From Octopus sinensis (lineage: Eukaryota), in NCBI RefSeq assembly GCF_006345805.1, contig NC_043012.1, positions 18,414,001-18,478,000 of the forward strand: a DNA stretch of 64,000 nt. Direction: 5' to 3'. The notes under the pieces were generated by a model. That model made no database searches. It saw only the letters and a program-made list of their open reading frames with translations, and had not been told where the DNA came from. Shown piece after piece: positions 41,896 to 55,239 of the stretch; position 1 is the stretch's first letter, and each line of letters begins with the position of its first letter. The position numbers and the translations under genes are program-made.

Positions 41896-41956
<61 letters not shown>

Positions 41957-42854
41957 ATCTATCTAACACAGAGACATAAGAGCTCATAAGCATACACGCA
42001 GTGAGACATATTAAGAAGCAGAAACTTTGGAAAAAAATAACATTGAGATGTACGCGTAAATACAATCTCAAAGAACCATACAGATTTCAATGTCTGTATG
42101 TCCAAATGTATCAGATAAATCCATTCTCCTAACTCTTACACCAAAGGAAAGAAGAAGAATATAAGATGGTGAATACTTTTGATGCATTAGCATGAATTTA
42201 TCTCCTGCCAAAATATCCAATTCCTGACTTACTAAAATAGTTATATTATGTTCTATAATCGTTAATCAGTAAAGTGCTCTTATTTGTCATTTATTTCCTT
42301 CAGACATGCGATCATAAAACGATGGCAACACACTATATTTCACAACACAAAAATAGTTATGAAATATAGTATTTTCGAACAGGAATGATGAAAGCAATTG
42401 ACAAACTAGCCATTGGACAGAAAGGCACATTTATTACATTTCAATCAGAAGAAAGTTCTATTCGCAGAATTGTTGTCTATCTACAGAGTTAACTAGAAAT
42501 GTATGAAAAATACAACAATATCAGGTATAAGTAATTCATGATAAAAAAACACCAATAGATCTCGATAATGAAGAAAAAAGTCGAAATATTAAATATTAAA
42601 TTTGTTATTTTTAGCATTTTTTTTCAGTATCAATATCTATCGATACAGAATATACTGGAAATCCGATATTGTAATATTGAAGCTCTCGTTTCCGAAAGCA
42701 TTTGAAATAGCCTTACTAAATGTAATGTATTGTCTGTATTCTAGCATGCTTAAACTTTCAAATCCTTCAAAGTAACAGTACTCGGTAACAATAAAAAATG
42801 AATAATGATAATAATCATAATGGTTTCAAATTGTGTTACTAGGCCAGCAATTAT

Positions 42855-42927
42855 AACGTAGCGGTAGACGAAATACCGCTAAGAATTTCGCCCGGCGTGC
42901 TAACGATTATTCCAGTTCACCGCCTTC
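42855..42927 (-). mobile_element. SINE family 2 head fragment
   Basis: Minus strand GAAGGCGGTGAACTGGAATAATCGTTAGCACGCCGGGCGAAATTCTTAGCGGTATTTCGTCT. Confidence 0.8.
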
Positions 42928-42964
42928 ATAACAATAACAACAGCAACAACAATAATAACTGGTC

Positions 42965-43620
42965 AATTACTGAAATATGTAATCTTGACAGATAAATACG
43001 AATTTTTTTGCAAATGCATAGAATGCACCACCCTAATGCAGATATAGAACGACATCTTCTGCCAAAAAAGAGAGTGGCTGTGGATATTTACAACGTGAAT
43101 TATCAATGAGGATTCCCACAATTGGGCTAAAAATCTACCTGAAATACTCTCATGACATGATGTTAAAACTTGTCTTAAACCATGAAAACAGGAAAAACAC
43201 CATACTCAGTAACGAAACAGGTAAAGAATTATCTAAAGGAATTCAAAATACAATAAATCCCAGAATTAGACGTACTGGAAACAAACAGAAAAAATGTAAG
43301 CGTATGAAAATCCGTGATAAAACTGCTGAATGGCAAATACCTAAAGAGAGCTAATAAAGCCGATGTTACGAAAGCCCTTACTCATCAATGGTTAGTGTCT
43401 TCTGGCTTAAAATCAAAGACAGAAGGTTTTATCATATCAGCTGAAGATCAATGTCTACCACGAAGAATCTAACGGGCCAACATATTAAAGAAAGACTGCA
43501 ACAAAAGATGAGTACGTAAACAGCAAAAGGAAACCATCGATCATGTCTCCTTGTGTAGTATTCTTGCGTCTACAGATTATCTCAACAGGTAAGATAGAAC
43601 AGCACAGCATATTCACTGGT
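42965..43620 (+). mobile_element. R4/Dong-like RLE LINE fragment A
   Basis: MHRMHHPNADIERH; HQWLVSSGLKSKTEGFIISAEDQCL; ETIDH...HIHWLICK. Preceded by (AAC/AAT)n at 42927-42960. Confidence 0.82.
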
Positions 43621-43624
43621 TAAT

Positions 43625-44672
43625 TTGCAAAATGACAAACAGAGTAACTACGGTGAGTGAGAAAAATATTGGCTTCAAAGCTGAATTCCGGAAACATAAT
43701 TTCGGAAATAAACTCGCGCGCAGTCGCAGTAATTCGGTATGGCGCTGGAATTCTGACGTGGATGGAGGAGAAGATAAATGAGATGGACAGGAAGTCATGA
43801 AAGCTCCTAAGGATGCACGCGACCCACTATCCACGTGCAGATGTTGATCACCTGTATATGAAGAGAGCAAACGCAGAAATGGAACAGATAAGTGTGGGAG
43901 ACTTTGTGCGTATCGAATTCGAGATCCTAATGAGATACCTAGCCCAAATTAAGGAAGCTTTGCTAATGAAAGTTGGGAACGAGGGAGTATTGAGATCAAG
44001 GAGAAAAGGGAAAACAAAGGAAGTACAAAAAGGACATGAAAAAGAATTACGCAAGAGGGGACTACACAATTAATTCCATGAAGTCACAACAGAAGTTACG
44101 GGAAAAATAGGTGGGATTGGCAGATGAATGGAACAATAAAAAAGGGACCTAGAGCTCTATACTGGCAGCGCAAGTATAGAAAGACGTGGTATGAGAACAA
44201 ACTGCAGAGAGTGGCGGAGACTAGGAAATCCTCTGAGTGTTCCCAATCCAAAGAAATCAGGTGCTAGAGCATAACAGACCGGACCTAGTGGTGGTCGACG
44301 AGGTGTATATCGTTGATGTTGCATACCCCTTTCACCCACAAATAGTTAAAAAGGATGGCGAAAAGATAGATACAACCATTTTAAGTACGAAATAGCCCGG
44401 CTATAGAAAGTGTAGACGATGAAGATAGTGCCAATTATTGTTGGAACCTTGAGAACAGTATCAGAAGATCCAAGAGGATTATAAAGGAAATTGGAATAGA
44501 GTACCAAGCAGAAATGTTAAAAAAGGTTTGCTTCCATGATACGGTCAGAATAATCAGGAAAGTACAAGTTAGTTGAAAAGAACGGATAGCATGGTGTCAT
44601 TTGCATGCTGCGGGTAGTAAGCCCGCTACGCATGCAAATCTCCAGGAGTTCCAATAAAACCTGTGATAAAAA
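43625..44672 (+). mobile_element. R4/Dong-like RLE LINE fragment D with 3' UTR
   Basis: KILASKLNSGNIISEINSRAVAVIRYGAGILTW; HATHYPRADVDHLY; LEHNRPDLVVVD..YIVDVAYP; IVPIIVGTL. The 3' UTR runs into an AAT/GAT tail. Confidence 0.88.
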
Positions 44673-44930
44673 GAATAATAATGACGATGATGATGATGAT
44701 GATGACAGTGGTGGTGGTGGTGGTGCCGCTGCTGCTGCTACTGCTGCTGCTGCTGATGATGATGCCTTTGATAATGAGAGCGACCAGAACTGCCCTTCCA
44801 CGCAACTACCCTCGTCCGATCAGCACAACAATAATACTTCGCTCTCATATAAATGAAATGAACATTATCAAAAGCATCACCATCATCATCACCACCACCA
44901 CCTCCACTATCATCATAATAATGCAGACCT
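44673..44930. repeat. Mixed trinucleotide array (AAT, GAT, GGT, GCT, then CAT, CAC)
   Basis: Directly visible. It begins as the tail of fragment D and explains the poly-D/G/A ORFs. Confidence 0.9.
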
Positions 44931-46284
44931 AAGAAATAGGCCGCTACGTTCGCAAGATGCCATACGCACAGCTTCCGAAACATTCTAGCCAACCACAAAT
45001 CTTTCATCTGCCCTTCCTCATTGCTGCTGCATGCATCTTTACATACAATGTTCAAGTCTTTTGCAAAAACACTATGAATGGGATGAGAAAATATTCCATC
45101 GTATCTGCAACTTTCATCTTCGCTTTACCTCGAGAAAAGTGGCCATCTCTTTTATGACATGATTTCCACGCCTGTAGATAAATGTTAACAAACATTAACA
45201 AAATCTGAATTGTCTACTGCATTGCCCTTAACGATGTTGCTGGCGCTGGCCGTTTTAGGTTTTGATCGCGCCACAATTTTATGGTGTATTTGCCAAAGTA
45301 CGATTCCTTCTCCATATAACGGTTTGTTTGTTTGTTTATAATTATTCTGCATCGCTCTTTCTAAGGTTATTGTGTTTTCAATAATTTATAGTCGCATTCG
45401 CTGCTATCATATTTATGGCTATCATCTCACTTCAATATTGCAGAGCTGACTTTTTAGGCATAAACATAAACAGAGCAAAATGGATGTTTCCAGAAATATA
45501 TGTCCTTTATAAAACTGTCCAGGGAGGAAGATTGTACTCATGCTCTAACTAACGGTGTCATGTTTTAAATATTTTACAGTATTTTCTGATAAATTATACC
45601 TCACAAAATACAAAACCATCTTCACTTCAAGTAAGGGTTGTACTGTTCAACATTATCGGATGTTATGTCCTGGAAACGCTTTCATAGAAAACAACAACAG
45701 GTTCAACAACAAACCGACAACAACAATTCCCCTCCATGGTTCTATGAACAATTTATAAATAGAACTGCTTAGAAACTGTTAGAAATACTGGGATGAAAAA
45801 GAAATTTCCTTTAAATGATAGTGTGCTCATACTCGTTATATGTCATAATCAAAATATATTACCTGTTAAATGAAAATGACAATATATATACAAACATACG
45901 CAAAGACGCACGCACAATCGCATGCACACCCACATACACGCACATGCACGTACATATAATAACACACAGAAACAGGCAACACACACAGACACACAGACAC
46001 ACACACACACACACACACTTGCTGGAATGCAGGATCCTGAAGATGAGAATTTATAAATAAGAAGGTAAGTATTGAGCGTTAGTATTGAGTTCCAGCCCGT
46101 GGCGATGTTGGTACACCGCCACTGCTAATCTCATTTTCAATGGAAAATTCTTTTGTCATTGACTTTTGGTGAAGGTGGGATCTCCATAATGCTGCCGTCG
46201 GGATTTAGATTTATCTGGATCATTGGAAAATAGAAATTCACAGTCATCTACCAGAAGATTCGGCAAGATATTACGTAGCGGTGG

Positions 46285-46369
<85 letters not shown>

Positions 46370-46444
46370 GCTATCTCATTATAACTCTTTCTTTCTCTCT
46401 TTCTCTGTGTATATATGAAGGCATGTAGACAGCAATTTGCAGTC

Positions 46445-47870
46445 CCTCTGACCAACCCTGGAAAAATTCCTTAGGCTCCGTTCTTATCCCAATTTGTCAT
46501 CCCGGTTTTCAAACAAGGAAACACATCTCTCGCAGTCAAACTGTCACCGAATTTCAACTCCCATATTAAAGTGTTTCGAAGGGTGGTGAGATCAAGGATA
46601 GTTTGATTCCTAGATTCGAACCAGCATGGTTTTTCGCTGTGGCAGGGACTGTCTAACATAGCTCTTACGCTACATCGATGATATCCTTAAGGCTTTGAGA
46701 TCAGGTTCAAAATCTGATGTCATATATCTTGACTTCGGTAAAGCGTTCCACAGAGTCGATAGTATTATTCTAATGTGAAATTGTCAACTGTTGGAATCCG
46801 TGAAAAACTAAACTGGATTAAGTATTTCCTGGAGAGCAGAACACAGCAAGTTGTGATCAGTGGAATCCACCCATGCGAGTAAAAGTCACCAGTGATGTTC
46901 CTCTGAGAACAGTCTTGGGCCCGCTTATGTTTACCTATATAAACGTCATTTTCAGCGACATAAAACACAGCAAAGTGGTGACTTTAAGCTCCAGAAAATT
47001 ATCAATGAAGAAGAGGACCGAACTGAGCTCCAGTCTAATCTACATGCTGTGAATCGATGGGTAGAGGAAAACAGGATGCAAATAAACGAGGGGGTATATG
47101 AGCTGTTGCATTTTGGAAGACTATGCTTGAGACAATCATAATGCATTCCTTCGGGGGAACCACAGATGCATCTAATAATATCAGAGACCTAGGAGTAATT
47201 GTTGACAACAATCTCAGCTGTAGTGCCAACATCAACAATAAGGTCGATATAAATCGTAGAATAAGCTCCTGCATCCTAAGACCATTCCGGTCCAGGGACC
47301 AAGGTGCCATTATTCCTTCTGCGTCTTTGCACGGCTTTACCTCGAATACTAATGTCCCCTGCGGCCTCTCCATTCCTAAATATGATATTTTGAATATTGA
47401 ATCACTCAGAAGACATCCACTAAAAGAATTATGGTCATGACTGATTTCGATTATTGGGACCGTCTTAAAACATTGAAATTCTATACTCTTCAGCGCCGCC
47501 GTCAACGATACATAGCTTCAAAATCCATCCAAGTCTAGGAACTCAGGTCTACCCAATTCAGTATCACAACACATAAATACACTATAAGGCAATTTCTCTT
47601 CCTCAACATGCCCTTCCCTATTTAACATTGTCCTGGAACAGATCAAAGAAGAGAAGGATTCCATCAACTTTAAATGCAATCTGGACAAATGTCTTCAAGA
47701 AATACCAGCTAAGCCTCCTATACCTAGATGCAGCTCACTCAACAAGAACTCCCTACTCGAATAGGCCATGATGCCACAAAACTTGACTTTTAGCATTTAG
47801 CTAATCCTATCAGGTGGTGCTATTAAATTAGCCATAACCTGGAGGAATCTTTGTTCGAAACATATCTAAA
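46445..47870 (+). mobile_element. CR1/L2-group LINE RT fragment, decayed
   Basis: VIPVFKQGN; QHGF-RCGRDC; VIYLDFGKAF (46725-46748); VPLRTVLGP; IRDLGVIVDNNL; YWDRLKTLKFYTLQRRR. Confidence 0.88.
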
Positions 47871-50800
47871 TTATCGAGGTTATATATTTTTATTGTTCAC
47901 TGCATTTCCTTTCTGCCATGCCTATAATCTATTTGTGAATGTTCCGTGGCACAGAAGTATGTTTTACTTCTATATTTAGCGATGCAGTTACTCATGGGGT
48001 ACTCTCATGTATACATACATACATACATTCATACATATACCTACACACACACACACACACACACACATTATTAAGCGCCTGTACGGCTGGTATTCGATTG
48101 CCACTAGTGATGGTATTTAATAGGACCATTGCTCTTATATATACATATATATATATTGGTAAAAACGGTAAGATAACAAAAGAAAGAAAGAGACCTCAAT
48201 ATTATGTAACTAGAGGAAATTTATATATATATATATATATATATACGTGTGTGTGTTTGTGTGTGTGCGTGTGGGTATGTGTGCATGCGTGCAATGAATT
48301 AGCACTTAGTCAAGGAAATAAGATTTGTTCGCATCATTTTTACGTAAATGATATCACGCAGAAAACTCATTCATAAAATTTTAAATTAAAAGCGGTTTGA
48401 AATTACGTGTGAAATAACACGTAAATTGAACATTAATGACAAAGTGAAATGGTTACACTGCTTCCTTAAAAATTAGGAATTCTTTTAGAAATGCATCGTT
48501 CTCAATGCTCGACCACCTAATAGCAAAATTTATAATCGAGTTAAGCACAACATTGACACTGAGTATGTTTATGCATATTCCTTTATTAATTTCAGATGAA
48601 AGGCTTGAATTATATTGCAGACTAGCTGCCTGTGATCAGAAAGGAAAATGTTTCACTCATGCTTAGTTAGAAAGATATCTTTGTCGACAAATATGCAGAT
48701 ATGAAAATATTTGATGTAACACATGCGAAAGTTTGTCTGTATGTACGTGCAGCAACTGTAAAAATTTATGGTGAGACTCTTTCTCTCTCTTTTTCTCCTG
48801 CCCTGTTTCTGTGTGTCTCTGTCTGTTTGTGCCAGCCTCTCTCTGTTTCTACCGATCTGTCCCTCGTATAGGCTGATTCCGTAATGAGAATATGTGTTAA
48901 CAAGTATTACCACAAAGCAGGCCAGAATATATACTCTGATCTGTATAAATGTTACATCACATATAATCATTTGAAAGAGAGACAAATAAAACAGGAACAA
49001 ATTAAACATCGATGCATTAATTGTGCAATATGGATGCATTAAGTGTGCTATAATCAAAGAAGGCTTAGAATTACACAGAAAATTTATAGACGATTTCAAA
49101 TGTTTATTCATATAAAATCCGTTTGTTGTAAGGGATATGTTACGCGGAATGTAAGCAAAGTTTTCGTCTAATAGATAGGAAATGGGCCTTGTAATCTCGC
49201 CGTCTGTGGTTCGATTGAACTAGGTGGAATTCATGGGTAAGTTATTTTTATCCAGAGAGCTGTATCGACTCACACAATGTGAATAAAACATATTGAGTGA
49301 ATGTGGTTCTAATTCAAGTACCCAAACTTTTGACACTGTGGGGCGCCGTCTCTGGCAGGCTGTGAACGTTTCAGTAAAAATCACGGATATTTAGAAATTA
49401 GTACAATGTCGTTCGATTTCAGCTGTTTGAACGACAAAGATCTCCTAATTTCAAATTCAAACAAACAACCTGAAATACTATCAGTCCAAATACCAAATTA
49501 GAAATATGCAACTGAAATCAGGCGCTTGTATACACACATACACGGATGCGTATCTAGGTATAAACAACAAATACACAGAAATATGCCCCAAATATTGCAT
49601 TGCATTAGTTTTCATTTCTACTGTAATTCATTTAAATATGACTGTGTAACGGTTTTGTCTTAAAAGAGGAGATCAATATATATTGATGCTAGTATTACAC
49701 GGTCTCTTGTTGAATACAAGACGATCTCTAGCGGGAATGATTGTAACCAATACCACAATGTATTGCATCATACGATCTTCTCTTACTAATACCATTACAA
49801 ACATCATAAACTAAGTTTAAGGAGAAAACGTTTAACCAAGTTTCACTATTGACATGTGTGAATGACGAGCAATTTCGAAATAATAATATTGATATTGCTT
49901 GTGTAAGGTACGCTGAAGAAAAAAATGAAAATGTGTAAGACGTGAAAACAACTGTATTTTATGAGTTAGTTGCCAAACGTAAGAATAAATATTTTTATTA
50001 AGATCAAAATGCGACATGATGCCTCACAGAGACAAGTATAGATTAGTTTAAGACGATTCTAACTGTGCTGATCATTCATTATATAAATACGTGAACAACT
50101 CCCTCTCCTTCTTTCTCACACACACACACATATACACACAAAACCGAGAATATAACATATCCGCAAGGAAGCGATGCATAAGCGGTGATATTCAGTCTAG
50201 AAAATACAGCAATCGTAAATAACTAAATAAGTAACAGTATACAGACAGAAGGGATTACACATCTCTGCTTAAAATATGTGGAAATACTACATCCTAAGAA
50301 AATATGTAAGAGTAAACTCGTAAAATTTTGGAGTGAACGGACCACTACATTCTATTAACTGTGTGCAAACCAAACTGGAAAAACGACTTGATCGTTTAGG
50401 AACATATATGGACTTAGAACATCTCAGTATTATAGCAAATAAAATGAATGACAAAGTCAATTTGAAATATTCTTTATAATTTCGAATAAATTCGAAAATG
50501 CTTAAAGAAAATGACGTCGAATACACCACAGAGACGATAAAAAAACATATTTGGTAACAGTTGATATGGCACCATAAATGCGGTCAGAAAAACTGTCAGC
50601 CCAAACATAAGATTTGCAGATGAACAAGATTGCGTTAAATAGCTAGTGAATGTGTCCGCTTAGGGCGCACACCGTTGAAGCAATGTCCTTTGAAAACGTC
50701 CTCTAGTCATAGATCATGACCACCTACTGACGCTGCAATCGATTGAATATTCTTTCTTGTATCCTCTATATTTCGCCATTACTCGAAATAACATTGGGCA

Positions 50801-51342
50801 AATTGTATATCATTCAGTTTGATGTATTACTCTAGACCTATTATAATTTTATTATTGATTGGTTACTGGAACATTCCCATTAAGATTCAATCTAACGTTC
50901 TATAAACATTTGCCGCTTTTCCTTCAAAATTGTCGGAAACATTCTAAAAGTGAATATATAGTACAATCCACTCCAAGATATGATTACATTAAATTAAGGA
51001 GTAGCTTTGTTGCTACTACAACATGAATATGAGATGGACAATTCGTCACCTAGAAGGAGCAGAGTAAAATTGATTCTACATAAGAAGCTCTAGAAATAAA
51101 ACACCTATTATTCGAGAAACATTCGCTACAACTAAATTAAAACCGACAAATAAATTACTGTTAACCTTTCGGAAAAGGAAAACAAGCTGCTACTATTTAC
51201 ACAAATTCAATATTATACCATCTCTAGGTACTATAATATCGAATTGATGTACCTTGCGAAAGGCAAATTGGCAACATTAGGACTAATTGCATAGAGAAAA
51301 CCAATGCTCTAAGTAAGATATAATCAACCTATCGATACCCAA

Positions 51343-51650
51343 GTGAAGATGCATGGTTCAATGGGTAGAGCGTCGGCCTCACAACCACGAGGTAGTGATT
51401 TCGATTCCCGGAACAGGCTGTGTGTTGTGTTCTTGAGCCAGACACAATATTTATCGTTGCTGCAGCTCACTCAGCTGTAGACGTCACTGGTGCCAAGCTG
51501 TATGGGAGTTTCCTTTTCTTTTGGATAACATTGGCGGCATGGAGAGGCGACTGCTGCTCTTACTTAAACAACCTCGTTCGCATTTGTGCCTCTTTCTAAG
51601 TGCAAATCCACGATCAATCATGACCAAAAGGGGACTTCATCCTTTACCCT
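51343..51650 (+). mobile_element. tRNA-derived SINE, family 3
   Basis: Head GATGCATGGTTCAATGGGTAGAGCGTCGG...GATTTCGATTCCC. Collinear with 14768-15108. Confidence 0.82.
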
Positions 51651-53530
51651 ATATTGATAGCCAGTAACTTAATTAAAAACAGCAGTAATTACAAATATCA
51701 AATTTTCATTACTTAAATACGAAAATGAACAATATGTAATATAATTAACTGTTTAAATTCATAATATCCAACATCTGCTTAATGTATAAAGGTCCACCAT
51801 ATTTGGGGACACCTTATCAATAATATGTAGAATTGACATTTGCAGTATACCAAACACAATTCAGTAAATCGCATATTTAAAAATTGTAGACTCTTCTAAA
51901 ATGACAAAGGCAACACACTCTAATCTAAACTGATAAATATTAAGAAACGCTATATAAAAAAATAAAACACCATGAAGTTGAACAACATAAATAAGAATCG
52001 ATGAAGCAAACAGCATTCATGTGCTGTGCTATGAAAACTAAAACTGATGTTGTGAAACACTGACAAATAATGACTTTAACACCTGTCAACACCACAATTA
52101 CAAATGCAGTTACGTACGTATACACAAATCATATCAACTTTTCATATAAAACTCCTTTCCCTGACCATGTAATAAAGCGCTGCGCACGCTCGAAATCTGG
52201 GTGTTGGCCAAAGCATTAGGATGTCAACGGAAAAGTTCAATGATGATCTTAGTCATACATGTAACGCCACTGAATAGATAATTTGCAATCACAACTTTTT
52301 AATTACTCGTACAGGAAATTTTAAATATCTGTATGTACCTTGAAATATTTTGAATGAGTCATTCATTAAATCTCTCACAGAAATCTTCATCTCGAAACTT
52401 GCAATAGCCTACTTCCAAACAAAGCCCTATACTCGCAAGAAGTGCACAAGTAATTCATTATCGCTCCAATATCAAAACTGTTACACGTGTTGTTTGGAAA
52501 CGTTCTTTGATAAAAAAAAATTCAACTTAGTTCCTTGCTACCTATCTATATATAAACTACTAGATATCTCTGTAAAACAAGCAACATTATGGTCGTTGTC
52601 CGTGCTTGAAAATGAATTTTTTTTTTTCTTAAATCTCATGGCGTCTTACAGTAATATAATATATAAGATTAATGTGGATGAAGTCCGTGGTATATATCAA
52701 GTGATGCTGAAAAGAAGTGCTGCATTTATATTGCCGTGAGAGCGCTCAAATGCAGCGACTCTGGGGCTAAAGTAAAGCGATAAAATAAAATTGATGTCTT
52801 GCAGGCTAGTTTCCACGCCACCAAGAATGTCTAATGTAATACAACGCAAAAGTATTTGAAATACCACATACTCAGTACGCAAATATCCATTCATTTACAC
52901 AATTTTGTCTTTTGCTATAACTAAAATTGTGATGGTGGCTGTTTCTCTGTACGTTTATAGTGTCCGAGCACTAAGGTCAAAGTACCCTTTGGTTTGCTGA
53001 TAGTGGCCTGATTTTTATTGTCTTCTTCGCTTGTTACTTCTATGTATGCAATGAATCAGCTTTTTAAATCTATATGTGCTATGTAATTCCTTGCATAGCA
53101 TAGATATGGAAATGTTTAATTCCAAAGCAAGGTATAATATATATTATAAGATGTGTCGTTTATATCGGCTCTATTTATCTCTTTGATATTGTGAATCTAT
53201 CATAATGCACTAATGCATAATTTGCGAGTATTATGCATATGATGTGCTTATAATTTTTTCTGGTGGTGATTGGTTATTTTTGAAGTTATATACTTTGAAA
53301 ATATGATGAAGTATGGTGACATGGCAGCTCCGAATCTCTGATGATAAAGAACCTATTTTTACTGGGTAAATTTAATGCAGGAAAAGTTATTGCATAGCTT
53401 GTTAAGAATAATGTTGTGTGTGAGTATAATGTAATCTGCGAATGAGATTGTTGTCAGTATAGTTTATGGGTTTTCTCAGAAGTAGCCTGTATTGTTATTG
53501 TGGGTATGTGGCCGTAGTAATATTATTAAC

Positions 53531-53930
53531 TCGTAGAGCTGGCAGAAACTTTAGCACGCTGGGCGAAATACGTAGCGGTATTTCATCTGTCGCTACGTTC
53601 TGGGTTCAAATTCCGGAGAGGTCGACTTTGCCTTTCATCCTTTCGGGGTCGATAAATTAAGTACCAGTTACGCACTGGGGTCAATGTAATCGACTTAATA
53701 CCTATGTCTGTCCTTGTTTGTCCCCTCTATATTTAGCCCATTGTGGGTAATAAAGAAATAGGTATTTCGTCTGTCGCTACGTTCTGGGTTCAAATTCCGC
53801 CGCGGTCGACTTTGCCTTTCATCCTTTCGAGATCGATAAATTAGGTACCAGTTACATACTGGGGTTGATCTAATCGACTGGCCCCCTTACCTAAAAATAC
53901 GGACCTTGTGCCTAGGGTAGAAAAAATATT
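53531..53930 (+). mobile_element. SINE family 2, partially dimeric, with two different tails
   Basis: The 119-bp core is duplicated (53577-53695 and 53761-53879, about 12 differences) around a 65-nt spacer ending AATAAAGAAATA. The second unit ends in GGCCCCC...CCTTGTGCCTAG. Confidence 0.9.
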
Positions 53931-54599
53931 ATTAACTGAATATCGGTTGTGGCAATGACTCATTCAAAGCGTGTTTCAGGAGCTTGTCATTGAATGTGAT
54001 GAGCCTTGTGGATTTTACAAAAGATATAACCTTATTGTTTATTGGTGTCACCTGAAACAAATGTGTTGAGGAGTCAGCAGGAAACTAGGTCTGAGCTACA
54101 TTCACCAACAGCTTTGTCACATAATTCTGTAAATCAATAACTCACTGCCTTACTCACTGAATGCATGATTGTGGTTTCATGGAATGAAGTACATCTACAT
54201 GAGAAAACATTTGAAAGGATGCTTAAACATGTACCAGAGATGGTATATGGGAACACTCTGACTTGTACGCTGTACGATATTATCAAACTTACATTGTGCT
54301 TAACCCGATATGTCTATGCCATGCGATATGATAAAAATGTAGACACAGGAACGATTATGTTCTTACAACAGGAGACATCGCGCAGTGTTCTCCCAGACGC
54401 ATTTTGAACTATGAGGTTAGAATAATGTTAAATACAAATATCATAAAAGTTTCGAGATGATATCGTCTTTCATTCCTTTGAAATCTATAAAGTAGAGCAC
54501 ACCGCATGTTACTGAGTTGATAGTAAAATACTAAGCCTTGTTCTTCAAAATTTCTCTCTATATATTTATGCTAGAAATCATTATCGATGTTTTATAAGT

Positions 54600-54727
54600 A
54601 AGGCACAATCGTTAGCACGCTGGGAACAACGCTTAGCAATCTGTCATTACATTCTCAGTTCAAATTCCAGCGTGGTCGAATTTTTCTTTCGTCATTTCAG
54701 GGTCAATGAAATATGTATTAGTCGAGC
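54600..54727 (+). mobile_element. Decayed SINE family 2 copy
   Basis: AATCGTTAGCACGCTGGG...CAGTTCAAATTCCAGCGTGGTCGA. Confidence 0.7.
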
Positions 54728-55239
54728 AAAACTTTCAGAACTTGCTTTGAGTTTACTTTTTACTGAATCCTCTTTTCTGAATCCTTATTTATACAAGGTA
54801 CGAATTGAGATCGTAAATGTCTTTTCAATATAATATTTACGTTTTTTTTGTACGTGACAAACCGTTATTTCTTCGTCCAGTGTTAACCTTAACATTTCTC
54901 CCTCTGTTAAATACAGTCTTTATTTTTGAACCAGAAACGAAGAGACTTCTAATCTTTTCAATTACATAAATGAATGCTATATTTTTATCACTTCTAGAAT
55001 ATATCATTTTCTTACTTTAGAAGTCGCCTTATTCACAGTTAGAACGAAGTAGCTATTGAGGAATCAAATATACTCTGAAAATATCTTAAGTATACTGATA
55101 AACATGATGATAAAAATAAATTCAATGTATCAGAAAAACAATTATAAGCCAAACACGCAGAACAGATATGGATAAGAAACGTGTACTTACAGGTTATCAA
55201 AGTATACATCCTTTAAAGCTTTAACTAACACCCTCAGGT

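Noticed and set aside
44517-45055. Poly-D/G/A/Q ORFs resembling low-complexity transcription-factor regions
   Set aside because: They lie in the triplet tail of a LINE remnant and are open on both strands.
52170-52900. Possible RTE-like scraps
   Set aside because: Motif similarity is too weak to support a call.
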